This document shows, one piece after another, positions 36,539-45,601 of a stretch of DNA of 64,000 nt; the first letter of the stretch is position 1, and each line of letters begins with the position of its first letter. A model generated the notes under the pieces. The model searched no databases and was not told the origin of the DNA. It saw nothing but the letters and a program-made list of their open reading frames with translations. The position numbers and the translations under genes are program-made. The stretch comes from Candidatus Levybacteria bacterium RIFCSPHIGHO2_01_FULL_38_26 (lineage in GTDB: Bacteria > Patescibacteriota > Microgenomatia > Levybacterales > UBA12049), in assembly GCA_001782075.1 (NCBI GenBank), contig MFNO01000013.1, forward strand, positions 48,608 to 112,607, read 5' to 3'.

Positions 36539-38726
36539 CGGTGTTATCAAGAAGAATCCAGTAATATCATCGATTATACTTCTTGCTCTATTTTTGCGAC
36601 TTTACGGAATACACCCTGGCTATCCAGATATTCATCCGGATGAGAGCACCAGCTACCATACCGCAATTAATTTATTATACAATTTTTTAAACCCGATGAG
36701 ATTTGATTATCCCGCAGGAATGCCTTTTATTAACGCGTTGATTTATGCCGCTTTTTTTATCCCAATATCGATAGTAAGAATTATTTTTACAAATTTTGAT
36801 GCCTTACTTCAATTTGGATTTAATCCGATTCAGTTTTTTACCGATTACAAAGAAGCTATTTTTGGCAACCGGGACTTTTACGCAATGTATTGGAGCAGGG
36901 CAATTACTGCTGTTTTTGGCGCGGGAACAGTTTTGGTTTTATATCTTGCCGGCAAGAAATTATTTAATAAATCAGTTGGATTGTTTGCCGCTTTTTTTCT
37001 GGCTGTTAATTATCTTCATGTATTAAGGAGTCATTTTGGATTGCCAGATGTTTACAATGGTTTTTTTGCGGTGCTTACTCTTTTTGCATGCGGAATGCTT
37101 TTGGAAAAAGATTCACGAAGAAATTATCTTTTTGCCGCTATTTCAGCCGGCCTTATGTTTTCAATGAAATATCAAGTTTTTGCATTCTTGCCTTTTTTCC
37201 TCACCCATCTTTTTTTAACGTTTAGGAAAAGAAGCTTTTTTAATCTTTTCAATAAAGATTTTATTTTGAGTCTTTTTACAGCGGCTTTAGTATTCCTGGT
37301 TATTAATCCGTATTACATATTTAACATTGATGAAGCAATGAGGCAAAACAGACTTGACGTACTGCGTTATCGGATGGGAGATATTTTGCTTCGTCCATTT
37401 GGATATTTTTACCTTTATCATTGGGGAATTGGCAAGCTGCCAAGTATCATGGTAATTTTGGGAATTATTATGATGCTTTTAAAAAGCCCGTTGCGATTTG
37501 TTATTGTTGGTTCTTTTGCTTTCGCATTTCTATTCTTTATGACGGTTTACAGTCAGGGAGGAATTTTTACCCGTAATTTTGCAAATGTCATACCATACCT
37601 TATGCTTTTTGCAGGGTACGGAATGTATATTTTATTTACTCTTCTTATGAAAACCAGTCGTTCAGCCGCAAAAGTTATAATTTTTGTCTTTCTTCTTTTG
37701 GTTAATTTTACTTCATTTCAGAATTCATTTACTTTAGGCAAGTATTATTCAGAACCGTGGAACATAATTAAATTGGGTGAATGGTTTAGGGACGAACTTC
37801 CAAATGATGCGACAATAAGACATTATCAGTTATTTGTTCGTCAAGTTGGAGGCAAGGCGCTTGAGGAAAAACGGGCAGTTTTGAGAGACTGGGATTACTC
37901 CAAGGGTCCTAATTCTTTAGCCGAGTTTCAAGAGGAGGGAGACCAATTTGCTGTTTTGAATACGGAGCCGCTTCAAAACATTACCTATTGGTGGAGAGGA
38001 TGGAGTGATCCAAAGCTTTTTCTTCGATATAAAACTGTACCGTTTGATTTTATCCAAAACGATTTTTACGGTTTGACAGTGAAAGAATTGCTTCAGTACA
38101 CTGTTTTTGAAGCATACAAACCTTGGCAGGCACATAACGCTCATAACTATATTGTTTTCAAAATACCTCAGAAGCCAACAGTCTTAGGGAATAAAATCGC
38201 GGATTTTAGCTTTGACGCAAAACAAGACATGTGGCAAATTAAAGGAAATTATGAAGGTTACTCTCCTATTCGTGTTTCATGGTCTGACGGGGCACTTATT
38301 GCAACGGCAAGTGCTTCCAGATCTAGAATAACATCAGATCCAATTTCAGTTGAAGCAGGAAAACTTTACTCAGCGACTGGTTACGCGAAAGTAACATCAA
38401 TTGAGGAGATAGAAAGAGATGGGTTCTTAAGAATTGACTTTTACGAGCGCAAAGACGATTTGGATATTTCTGGAATTTCCGTTGGCATTTCTCAAAGAGT
38501 TCCCGCAACAAATGAGGTGGAAAAAGTACAAGTAAGTGGAGTCGCGCCCAGAGGAGCAAAATTTATGACAGTTAGTTTTCAATTTAAAGAAGCGTATTCC
38601 ATCGCTATTCTTGATAATGTAGAAGTTTTTGAAACAAGCGAAATTCCGGAAGAACAGTTGAAGGAGATTCCTTATATAAATCCTACAATTCCATTGGAGA
38701 GTTTGTATTATAATACATTTATATAA
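36522..38726 (+). CDS. GT-C membrane glycosyltransferase (PMT/ArnT-like) with a C-terminal carbohydrate-binding-like domain
   Basis: HPDE loop, SRAITAVFG, SHFGLPD, MKY; C-terminal PISVEAGKLY...APRGAKF...LDNVEV resembles a CBM jelly-roll. Confidence 0.72.
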   Translation: MIKKISGVIKKNPVISSIILLALFLRLYGIHPGYPDIHPDESTSYHTAINLLYNFLNPMRFDYPAGMPFINALIYAAFFIPISIVRIIFTNFDALLQFGFNPIQFFTDYKEAIFGNRDFYAMYWSRAITAVFGAGTVLVLYLAGKKLFNKSVGLFAAFFLAVNYLHVLRSHFGLPDVYNGFFAVLTLFACGMLLEKDSRRNYLFAAISAGLMFSMKYQVFAFLPFFLTHLFLTFRKRSFFNLFNKDFILSLFTAALVFLVINPYYIFNIDEAMRQNRLDVLRYRMGDILLRPFGYFYLYHWGIGKLPSIMVILGIIMMLLKSPLRFVIVGSFAFAFLFFMTVYSQGGIFTRNFANVIPYLMLFAGYGMYILFTLLMKTSRSAAKVIIFVFLLLVNFTSFQNSFTLGKYYSEPWNIIKLGEWFRDELPNDATIRHYQLFVRQVGGKALEEKRAVLRDWDYSKGPNSLAEFQEEGDQFAVLNTEPLQNITYWWRGWSDPKLFLRYKTVPFDFIQNDFYGLTVKELLQYTVFEAYKPWQAHNAHNYIVFKIPQKPTVLGNKIADFSFDAKQDMWQIKGNYEGYSPIRVSWSDGALIATASASRSRITSDPISVEAGKLYSATGYAKVTSIEEIERDGFLRIDFYERKDDLDISGISVGISQRVPATNEVEKVQVSGVAPRGAKFMTVSFQFKEAYSIAILDNVEVFETSEIPEEQLKEIPYINPTIPLESLYYNTFI

Positions 38727-38734
38727 ATTATATT

Positions 38735-39691
38735 ATGAAATATTATAATGATAAAAAGATTGTTATAACTGGAGGAGGAGGATTTGTCGGAAGTCACATT
38801 GTTGATAGATTAAAAAGATATAATTGTAAATTTTTTGTTCCCAAAACAAAAGATGGAATTGATTTTAGAAAATACGATCATTGTTTTTCATATCTTAGCA
38901 AAACAAAACCTGATATTGTAATTAACTGCGCTGCCAATCAGGGCGGAATTGCGTATCATAGAGGCAAAGAAGCGGATCTTTTTTTGGACAATATGCTTAT
39001 GGGAACATTTCTTCTGCAGGCTTCTCAAAAAGTTGGGGTTAAAAAATTTGTTAACATTGTCGCGGGGTGTTCTTATCCAGGATACGGAGAGAGCGAAAAG
39101 ATGAATGAAGATGAGTACTGGAACGGGAGGCTTCATGAGAGCATATTTAGTTTTGGTTTTCCAAGAAAAGCTTCAACTGCCTATGGATTGGCGCTAAAAA
39201 GACAACATGGTTTTAACTCGATTCATCTTGTTATGGCTAACATGTTTGGTCCTGGTGAACACTTTAATCCAGAGCAAAGCAAGGCGTTGGCTGGGCTTAT
39301 AAAAAAAATTTATGAGGCGAAAAAAAATAAATTGCCTACGGTTGAGGTGTGGGGTACAGGTAAGCCTACGAGGGATTGGCTATATGTGAAAGACGGCGCA
39401 GAGGCGATTTTAAGAGCGACTGCTTTTTACGATGATGTGGATCCGTTAAATATCGCGACCGGTGTTGGAATTTCTATTGCAAAGCTTGCGAGAACTATAA
39501 AAAAAGTTATAGCCTACAAAGGCAGACTCGTGTACAATACCAAAAAACCAGACGGCGCACTTCATAAAACATTTGGAGTAAAAAAAATGAAAAAGGTTTT
39601 AGGTTGGGTTCCGTCGACCCCTATAGAAAAAGGAATAAAAGAAACAGTTGACTGGTTTGACAAGAACTACAAATATGCTATAACTCATTGA
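38735..39691 (+). CDS. GDP-L-fucose-synthase-like epimerase/reductase
   Basis: TGGGGFVG, AANQGGI, GCSYP, VWGTGKPTRDWLYV, KPDG; catalytic YxxxK reads FGFPRK. Confidence 0.75.
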   Translation: MKYYNDKKIVITGGGGFVGSHIVDRLKRYNCKFFVPKTKDGIDFRKYDHCFSYLSKTKPDIVINCAANQGGIAYHRGKEADLFLDNMLMGTFLLQASQKVGVKKFVNIVAGCSYPGYGESEKMNEDEYWNGRLHESIFSFGFPRKASTAYGLALKRQHGFNSIHLVMANMFGPGEHFNPEQSKALAGLIKKIYEAKKNKLPTVEVWGTGKPTRDWLYVKDGAEAILRATAFYDDVDPLNIATGVGISIAKLARTIKKVIAYKGRLVYNTKKPDGALHKTFGVKKMKKVLGWVPSTPIEKGIKETVDWFDKNYKYAITH

Positions 39692-39695
39692 TAAT

Positions 39696-40454
39696 TTGAA
39701 AAGTTTAGCAATTATTGGCGGAAGCGGTATGCTTGGTTCGGATTTAGTTCGATACCTTGGCAAAAAATTTGATGTTCTATCAATAGATAGAAATAATTAT
39801 CATTCTCATGAAGGGAAATTTTTTGACGTTCTCATAAATGCTAATGGCAACAGCAGGCGCTTTTGGGCAAACCAAAATCCCGTTGATGACTTTTTGGCAT
39901 CAACCTTATCAGTTTATAAAAGTATATTTGATTTTTCCTCAGATTTTTATGTTTACATCTCATCGCCAGATGTTTACGAAAAACACTCAAGTCCAAGATA
40001 CACAATGGAAGAGAGAAAAATAAATTCTGGAAATCTAGAGCCTTATGGATTTAATAAGTATCTGAGCGAACTAATAGTAAAAAAATACAAAAAAAAATAT
40101 CTTATCTTGAGGTGTTCTATGATTCTTGGAAAAAAAATAAAAAAAGGACCAATTTACGATATCATCAATAATAAACCATTATTTATAAACTTAGACTCAA
40201 AACTTCAACTTGTAACTAGCCAAGCCATTGCCGATATAATCGAAAAAGTTTTAGAGAAATCCATTGTGGGCGAAACAATCAACGTTGGCGGGAGAGGGAG
40301 CTTTAGTTTTAAAAAAATTAAAAAATATATAGATCGCGAAATTGAAATCTCACGAGATTCAAAAACCCAAATTTACGAAATGAACATTGAAAAGTTAAAA
40401 GGTTTTTATAAAAAACTAAAGACCTCGGAAGAATATTTAAAGGATTTTTTTTGA
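39696..40454 (+). CDS. NAD-dependent epimerase/reductase (RmlD-like SDR)
   Basis: IGGSGMLG, YISSPDVY, YGFNKYLSE; TTG start. Confidence 0.65.
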   Translation: MKSLAIIGGSGMLGSDLVRYLGKKFDVLSIDRNNYHSHEGKFFDVLINANGNSRRFWANQNPVDDFLASTLSVYKSIFDFSSDFYVYISSPDVYEKHSSPRYTMEERKINSGNLEPYGFNKYLSELIVKKYKKKYLILRCSMILGKKIKKGPIYDIINNKPLFINLDSKLQLVTSQAIADIIEKVLEKSIVGETINVGGRGSFSFKKIKKYIDREIEISRDSKTQIYEMNIEKLKGFYKKLKTSEEYLKDFF

Positions 40455-40502
40455 AAAATTACCTGCTTTGATATTGTGATATAATTCGTTTGCTTTCTTT
40501 AT

Positions 40503-41645
40503 ATGAAAAAAAAGGATTATGAAATTGACGACAATATAATTCGTACCTGGTCAACATACATCCCCAAAGAAGCGATTTCCGAGGTTATAAAAACATTAAG
40601 GTCAAAGTGGATTAATACCGGCAAAAAAGAAAAAGAACTGCGGGGGATTGCAGCGAAAAAGTGGAGTTTTCCTTATTGCGTTGCTGTTAACAATTGTACT
40701 GCTGCTCTTAGGTCAAGTTTGGCTATCCTTGGCGTTGGACCTGGGGATGAAGTCATATCAACTCCTTATACTTTTATTGCCACAAACACCGCTATTCTTG
40801 AACAAGGAGCAAAGCCTGTATTTGCAGATATTAAATACGATGATCTTAATATAGACCCAAAAAGCATAGAGAAGAATATAACCAAAAAAACAAAGGCAAT
40901 TATGATAGTGCATTATGGCGGCAATCCTTGCGACCTGGATGAGTTAAGAAAGATCGGAGTGAAACATAATCTGCCAATTATAGAAGACGCCGCGCATGCT
41001 TTGGGAAGCATGTATAAAGGTAAATACATAGGTTCAACTGGAGAACTTGTATGTTTTTCTCTTCAGGTAGTTAAAATTATTAATTCTGGCGATGGAGGAT
41101 TAATATCAACATCAAAAAAAAGATACTACCAAAAGCTCAAAAAAATAATTTGGTACGGTATTGATAGAGAGGAGAAAAAAACAAGCCTTTTGGACCCTTT
41201 GCCAGACAGCTTCAAGGGCGATGTTCTTGGATTTAAATATAATATGAATGATATTATAGCTTCGCTTGCTCTGGCAGGGGTTAATAATTATGATGCTCCA
41301 GCCAGAAAAAGAAGGATAATAGGAGAGAGTTATAGGAAGGAACTTGCCAAATGCAGGGGGCTGCGTCTGATGAAGTACTATGATGATAGAAAGCCAAACT
41401 ATCAGATATTTCCTGCTCATGTAGAGGATAGACTTAAGTTTGCCAGGTACATGAAAGCCCACAATATTCAAGTAAACATAAACAACCGGCGTAATGATAT
41501 TTACCCTATGTTTGGAGGGCTTCGAAAGGATTTACCTGTGCTTGCGAAAGCTGATAAAGACGTAGTTTTACTGCCGATGCATGCGGATCTTACAGAAGGG
41601 CAAGTTGATTACATTATTCAGAAAGTTCGGGATGCGTGTAAATGA
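40503..41645 (+). CDS. DegT/DnrJ/EryC1/StrS sugar aminotransferase
   Basis: NNCTAAL, GPGDEVI, VHYGG, EDAAHALG, FSLQVVKIINSGDGG; TGATATAAT upstream at 40477-40485. Confidence 0.88.
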   Translation: MKKKDYEIDDNIIRTWSTYIPKEAISEVIKTLRSKWINTGKKEKELRGIAAKKWSFPYCVAVNNCTAALRSSLAILGVGPGDEVISTPYTFIATNTAILEQGAKPVFADIKYDDLNIDPKSIEKNITKKTKAIMIVHYGGNPCDLDELRKIGVKHNLPIIEDAAHALGSMYKGKYIGSTGELVCFSLQVVKIINSGDGGLISTSKKRYYQKLKKIIWYGIDREEKKTSLLDPLPDSFKGDVLGFKYNMNDIIASLALAGVNNYDAPARKRRIIGESYRKELAKCRGLRLMKYYDDRKPNYQIFPAHVEDRLKFARYMKAHNIQVNINNRRNDIYPMFGGLRKDLPVLAKADKDVVLLPMHADLTEGQVDYIIQKVRDACK

Positions 41646-42796
41646 GGCGGGCAAAAAGTATTATTTACGTCAATTATTCTCCCTATGAAAACTCAGGAAA
41701 GATACTGGATTTTTTACTTGAGAATTTTGAGCAAATATTTTTATTTTCCTTAGGATTTTATGGACTTGGAAACAAAAAGAAATATAATAGATTGCTGATT
41801 TTTATAAATGGAAAACTAATTGAGAAAAAACCATTGGGACAAATTCCTATTCCTCAAGGACTTTTTTTTCTGCTTTTGCCCCTCAGGTCTTTAATAATTT
41901 TAATTCAAATATTGGTATATTCATTGTGGTTGAAAAGAAAATATGGAAGGATAGATTATTATTTCACAGTTAACGCGTTTACTGCATGGATAGGTACGAT
42001 TTTAAAAAAAATTGGCTTGGTAAATAAGACAATTTTTTGGGTTTGGGATTATTATCCTCCATATCATGACAATAAAATAATAGTTCTGATGAGACAGATA
42101 TATTGGTATTTTGACAAGGTAAGCTCCCACTCGGATTATGTAGCATATGTCAATCAAAAATTAATAGATTTGCGAAAAGACACGGGAGTTCTCTCCAGAA
42201 ACGCGAGCTTTCAGATAGTTCCTATAGGAACAGAAAAGTTTAACATAAAACCCCGAGTAAAAAAAGATGTGGTATTTGGGTTTATTGGAGTTTTAAAAAG
42301 AAGCCATGGGCTTGATATTATTTTTGACAATGAAAAACTTATTGGTAAATATCTTCCAAATGCGCGTCTGGAGGTAATCGGGTCGGGACCTGATGAGATG
42401 CATTTCAGGCAAAGGGCAAAAAAATCTCCTATTTTAACGAAATTCTACGGTTTTTTAGAAGACAAAAAAATTAATGAGGTATTGAAGAAATGTTCTATCG
42501 GTATTGCCGCATATGTTCCAGACAAAAGTAATGTGTCATACTACGGAGATCCTGGAAAAGTAAAAAGATACTTAAGCTTGGGTCTTCCTGTAATCGTCAC
42601 AAAAGTAGTTGGTTTTTCTAAGGAAATTGATAATTCAAAAGCTGGGGTAGCAATAGAATATGACAACTCAGAAAATCTAATTGATGCGATCAAAAAAATA
42701 ATGTCTGATTACCCAACTTATCAGAAAAATGCATTATCATTAAGCAGGAAATATTATTATAAGGTTATTTATAAAAAGATGTTTGCGTTGAAATAA
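41642..42796 (+). CDS. Glycosyltransferase family 4-like
   Basis: GFIGVL...HG, IGSGP, DPGKVKRYLSLGLPVI. Confidence 0.75.
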   Translation: MRRAKSIIYVNYSPYENSGKILDFLLENFEQIFLFSLGFYGLGNKKKYNRLLIFINGKLIEKKPLGQIPIPQGLFFLLLPLRSLIILIQILVYSLWLKRKYGRIDYYFTVNAFTAWIGTILKKIGLVNKTIFWVWDYYPPYHDNKIIVLMRQIYWYFDKVSSHSDYVAYVNQKLIDLRKDTGVLSRNASFQIVPIGTEKFNIKPRVKKDVVFGFIGVLKRSHGLDIIFDNEKLIGKYLPNARLEVIGSGPDEMHFRQRAKKSPILTKFYGFLEDKKINEVLKKCSIGIAAYVPDKSNVSYYGDPGKVKRYLSLGLPVIVTKVVGFSKEIDNSKAGVAIEYDNSENLIDAIKKIMSDYPTYQKNALSLSRKYYYKVIYKKMFALK

Positions 42797-42797
42797 T

Positions 42798-44006
42798 ATG
42801 AAGACTGTTTTCATAGCGAATTTTCTCCCCGATACAAATTACACAAGAGACCTAAGCCAAGGTTTCATAGAAGCTATGGAGAAAAGGGATAAATTATTTT
42901 TATGCGGAAGAAAGGGCGAGCCTGTGATTGACGGAAAAAAACCAGACGTGGATTTGGTTTGGAAAAAAGGAGCATTTTTTTTTATTCCAATTTTTATGTA
43001 TATCTTAAAAAGACGTCCAAACCTAATACATTTTCAACACGAATTCATAATGTATGGAGGGGTACTATCCGGATTTATTTTTCCATGGCTAATTCTGTTT
43101 TTGAGAATAATCAAATTTAAAATTGTAATAACCCTGCACGTAATTATCTCCACAAAACAGCTTAATAAAGATTTTTTCGAAAGCTTTGGTCTTAAATATA
43201 ATTTTCTCAGTAGAATTTCCGCCAAACTTTTTCTAGCTTATAGCTACAAATTATTAGTTATTTTTTCTAATATCGTAATCGTTCACACGCCATTAATGAG
43301 ACGTGTTCTAATCGAGCAATACAAATGTAACCCTGACAAGATTAAGGTAATTGAACTTGGAAATAGAATGCTATCAAAACACCCAATACCTATCCGTAAT
43401 CCCTACATCGTAAAAAAATTCCCAATGTTAAAGAATAAGGACATTATCTTGGTTTTTGGCCGGCTATCTCCCAGAAAAGGACTTGAGTTTTTAATACATT
43501 CTTTTAGGGAAATGGTAGCTGAAAATAAGAAAAAAAACTGGATTTTGGTTTTCGCTGGAGAAGTTAGCAATGATTATTTGGGATATAAGCAAAAAATAGA
43601 AAACCTAATAGAAAAATTAAAAATATCGAGATTTATAGTTATAACAGGATTTGTAAATGAAAAAGAAGTTGAAGAATTGCATAGGATGGCAAAAGTTTCA
43701 GTCATTCCTGCGCTTTTTTCTGTAAGCGTAAGCGGTGCAATATCTACGGCTTTAGCATATAAAATACCATTGCTTGTTGCAAATGTTAGTCCGATAGCAG
43801 AAGAAGTTAAAGGAAATAATATAGGGCGGATATTTGATAATGCAAATATTAATTCGTTTGCACAGGAGCTTAAAAAATTAATATCAGATAGGTATAATCA
43901 TAAGAAGATAATGAGTTCGATTGAAAAGGTTGCTGCCAGGCGATACTGGACTGTAGTTGCCCGTGAACACTATAAAACTTACAAAAACTCTTGTATTAGA
44001 AGGTAG
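42798..44006 (+). CDS. Glycosyltransferase family 4
   Basis: HFQHEF, TLH, VIVHT, FGRLSPRKG, SVSGAISTALAYKIP. Confidence 0.8.
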   Translation: MKTVFIANFLPDTNYTRDLSQGFIEAMEKRDKLFLCGRKGEPVIDGKKPDVDLVWKKGAFFFIPIFMYILKRRPNLIHFQHEFIMYGGVLSGFIFPWLILFLRIIKFKIVITLHVIISTKQLNKDFFESFGLKYNFLSRISAKLFLAYSYKLLVIFSNIVIVHTPLMRRVLIEQYKCNPDKIKVIELGNRMLSKHPIPIRNPYIVKKFPMLKNKDIILVFGRLSPRKGLEFLIHSFREMVAENKKKNWILVFAGEVSNDYLGYKQKIENLIEKLKISRFIVITGFVNEKEVEELHRMAKVSVIPALFSVSVSGAISTALAYKIPLLVANVSPIAEEVKGNNIGRIFDNANINSFAQELKKLISDRYNHKKIMSSIEKVAARRYWTVVAREHYKTYKNSCIRR

Positions 44007-44012
44007 TATAAT
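44007..44012 (+). promoter_or_regulatory. -10 box directly before the phosphoramidate module
   Basis: TATAAT at 44007-44012, 6 nt before GTG 44019. Confidence 0.5.
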
Positions 44013-44018
44013 GTAAAA

Positions 44019-44777
44019 GTGGATAAAAATAAAATAGAATTGCATTCTCCAACTAAAATATTAAGAAAGTACACTTTTTTATTTGCAAAAGTTCTTCGCG
44101 ATTTGCGGATCTCTCCGGATGCATTAATAGCAGGAAGGTTGTTAATTTTTGGTTTGGGATCGGCTTATTTATTTTACATCGGGACCTATGTATCCAATAT
44201 GCTGGCCGTTTTATTTTTATTTACAAATTTTTTCCTTGGTTTGATTGGTGAAGATTTAGCTAGAAACTTCAATCTAAAAACTAAGTTGAGCGAATTTTTG
44301 GATGCAAATTCACACTATTTTATTAACAGTATAATTATTATCTCGATAACTATCTATATGTTTCAAGTAGAGCATCCGCTTAGATTTATAGGCCTTTTTG
44401 CTTTTTTTGGCCACTCTTTTTCTGTAAAAATATTTACATTTTTAAAATCAACGTTTCTGATATCGGTTATTTCAGAAAATGCCAAAATGGAAAAGTTTTT
44501 TTTGCAAAACAAACCGGATTTAATAAGTATGTTGCTAAAGGAGCTTATGATTCCAAAAAATTTTGTTTTTTTTCTTTTCTCAAGCATACGCTATCATCTG
44601 ATTCTTGGTGCTTTGTTGGGAATAATGCCAATTATGATTTTGTTGTATGCGATAATGATTAATTTTCAATGGTTAACTTTGGTTGTTGCGCTTATTTACT
44701 ACTATAAATTTTATAACACTGAAAAAAGAATTATCTTTTTTAAAGCGTTAAAAGCACTTGAAGTAAAGGATAAGTAA
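44019..44777 (+). CDS. CDP-alcohol phosphotransferase paralogue with degenerate catalytic motif
   Basis: ISPD...R; GLIGEDLARNFNLKTKLSEFLDANSH aligns without gaps to the intact motif of 44785..45558. Confidence 0.7.
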   Translation: MDKNKIELHSPTKILRKYTFLFAKVLRDLRISPDALIAGRLLIFGLGSAYLFYIGTYVSNMLAVLFLFTNFFLGLIGEDLARNFNLKTKLSEFLDANSHYFINSIIIISITIYMFQVEHPLRFIGLFAFFGHSFSVKIFTFLKSTFLISVISENAKMEKFFLQNKPDLISMLLKELMIPKNFVFFLFSSIRYHLILGALLGIMPIMILLYAIMINFQWLTLVVALIYYYKFYNTEKRIIFFKALKALEVKDK

Positions 44778-44784
44778 AAGTAGT

Positions 44785-45558
44785 ATGAAAAAAAACTCAA
44801 ATCAAGAAAGACGTCTAGATTTTATAGCCAAAACATTGAAAAATCTTTCTGTGAATGTTGCTAGATTTCTAAATGGAATAGGTGTTACGCCCAATATGAT
44901 TACATCATTAAGATTATTAATAGGTGCTGGATCTTCTTATTTATTTTTTCTTCAGGGATATGTAACGGATTTGCTTGCCATTTTCTTTTTAGGCTTATTT
45001 TTTTTTCTTGATTTGGTGGACGGAGACTTGGCGAGAAAATTCAAAAAAACTTCCAAGCTGGGAGAATTTATGGACAGTTTTATAGACGCTGTTATAATTA
45101 ATTTGGTTTTGCTTGCAATTTATGGAAACCTAAATGCTGCAGCTAATCCTTTTAGTTATATTCCTGTAATAGCCATCATGGGACAAGGGCTGTCTGTTCT
45201 CATATCTCAAAACTATGAAGCTAAATTTGGCATATCGGGCTTGTCTTTAAATCCTAAGATACAATCTTATCGTAAGAACAATGACGTTGATGCTATTAGC
45301 AAATTTCTTTTTGAACTTTTGACACCGACAAATATCTTAACTTCACTTTTTTCCACATTAAAATATTATCTGATTGTTGGCGCGTTATTTAATATAATTC
45401 CTCTTGCGATAACAGCTTATGCCCTTATGATTAATTTAAGATGGATAATGCTTTCTTTTACATTAGCTTTATACTATAAGTACAACCAGCTTGTAAACAA
45501 AATCAATTTTTTTTATATTCTAAAAGCCTTAGAGCGCAATCGTCCACTTGTTATATAA
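44785..45558 (+). CDS. CDP-alcohol phosphatidyl/phosphotransferase family protein
   Basis: VTPNMITSLR and an intact DxxDGxxAR-x8-GxxxDxxxD motif (DLVDGDLARKFKKTSKLGEFMDSFID). Confidence 0.88.
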   Translation: MKKNSNQERRLDFIAKTLKNLSVNVARFLNGIGVTPNMITSLRLLIGAGSSYLFFLQGYVTDLLAIFFLGLFFFLDLVDGDLARKFKKTSKLGEFMDSFIDAVIINLVLLAIYGNLNAAANPFSYIPVIAIMGQGLSVLISQNYEAKFGISGLSLNPKIQSYRKNNDVDAISKFLFELLTPTNILTSLFSTLKYYLIVGALFNIIPLAITAYALMINLRWIMLSFTLALYYKYNQLVNKINFFYILKALERNRPLVI

Positions 45559-45601
45559 GGGAGAGAGGATAAAACTCTAAGAAACTTAGTTTGGTCTTAG
45601 T

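Noticed and set aside
36527-40452. Poly-A/poly-T runs as phase-variation tracts
   Set aside because: Runs of 7-9 A/T are expected at this AT content, no frameshifted gene was seen, and there are no long poly-G/C tracts.
44785-45558. Housekeeping PgsA/Pss phospholipid synthase
   Set aside because: Not excluded, but disfavoured: it is longer, duplicated and operonic with a cytidylyltransferase pathway rather than with lipid genes.
45577-45600. Small inverted repeat (ctaaga...tcttag) before the kinase gene
   Set aside because: Short and AT-rich with no U-tract; not distinguishable from chance.
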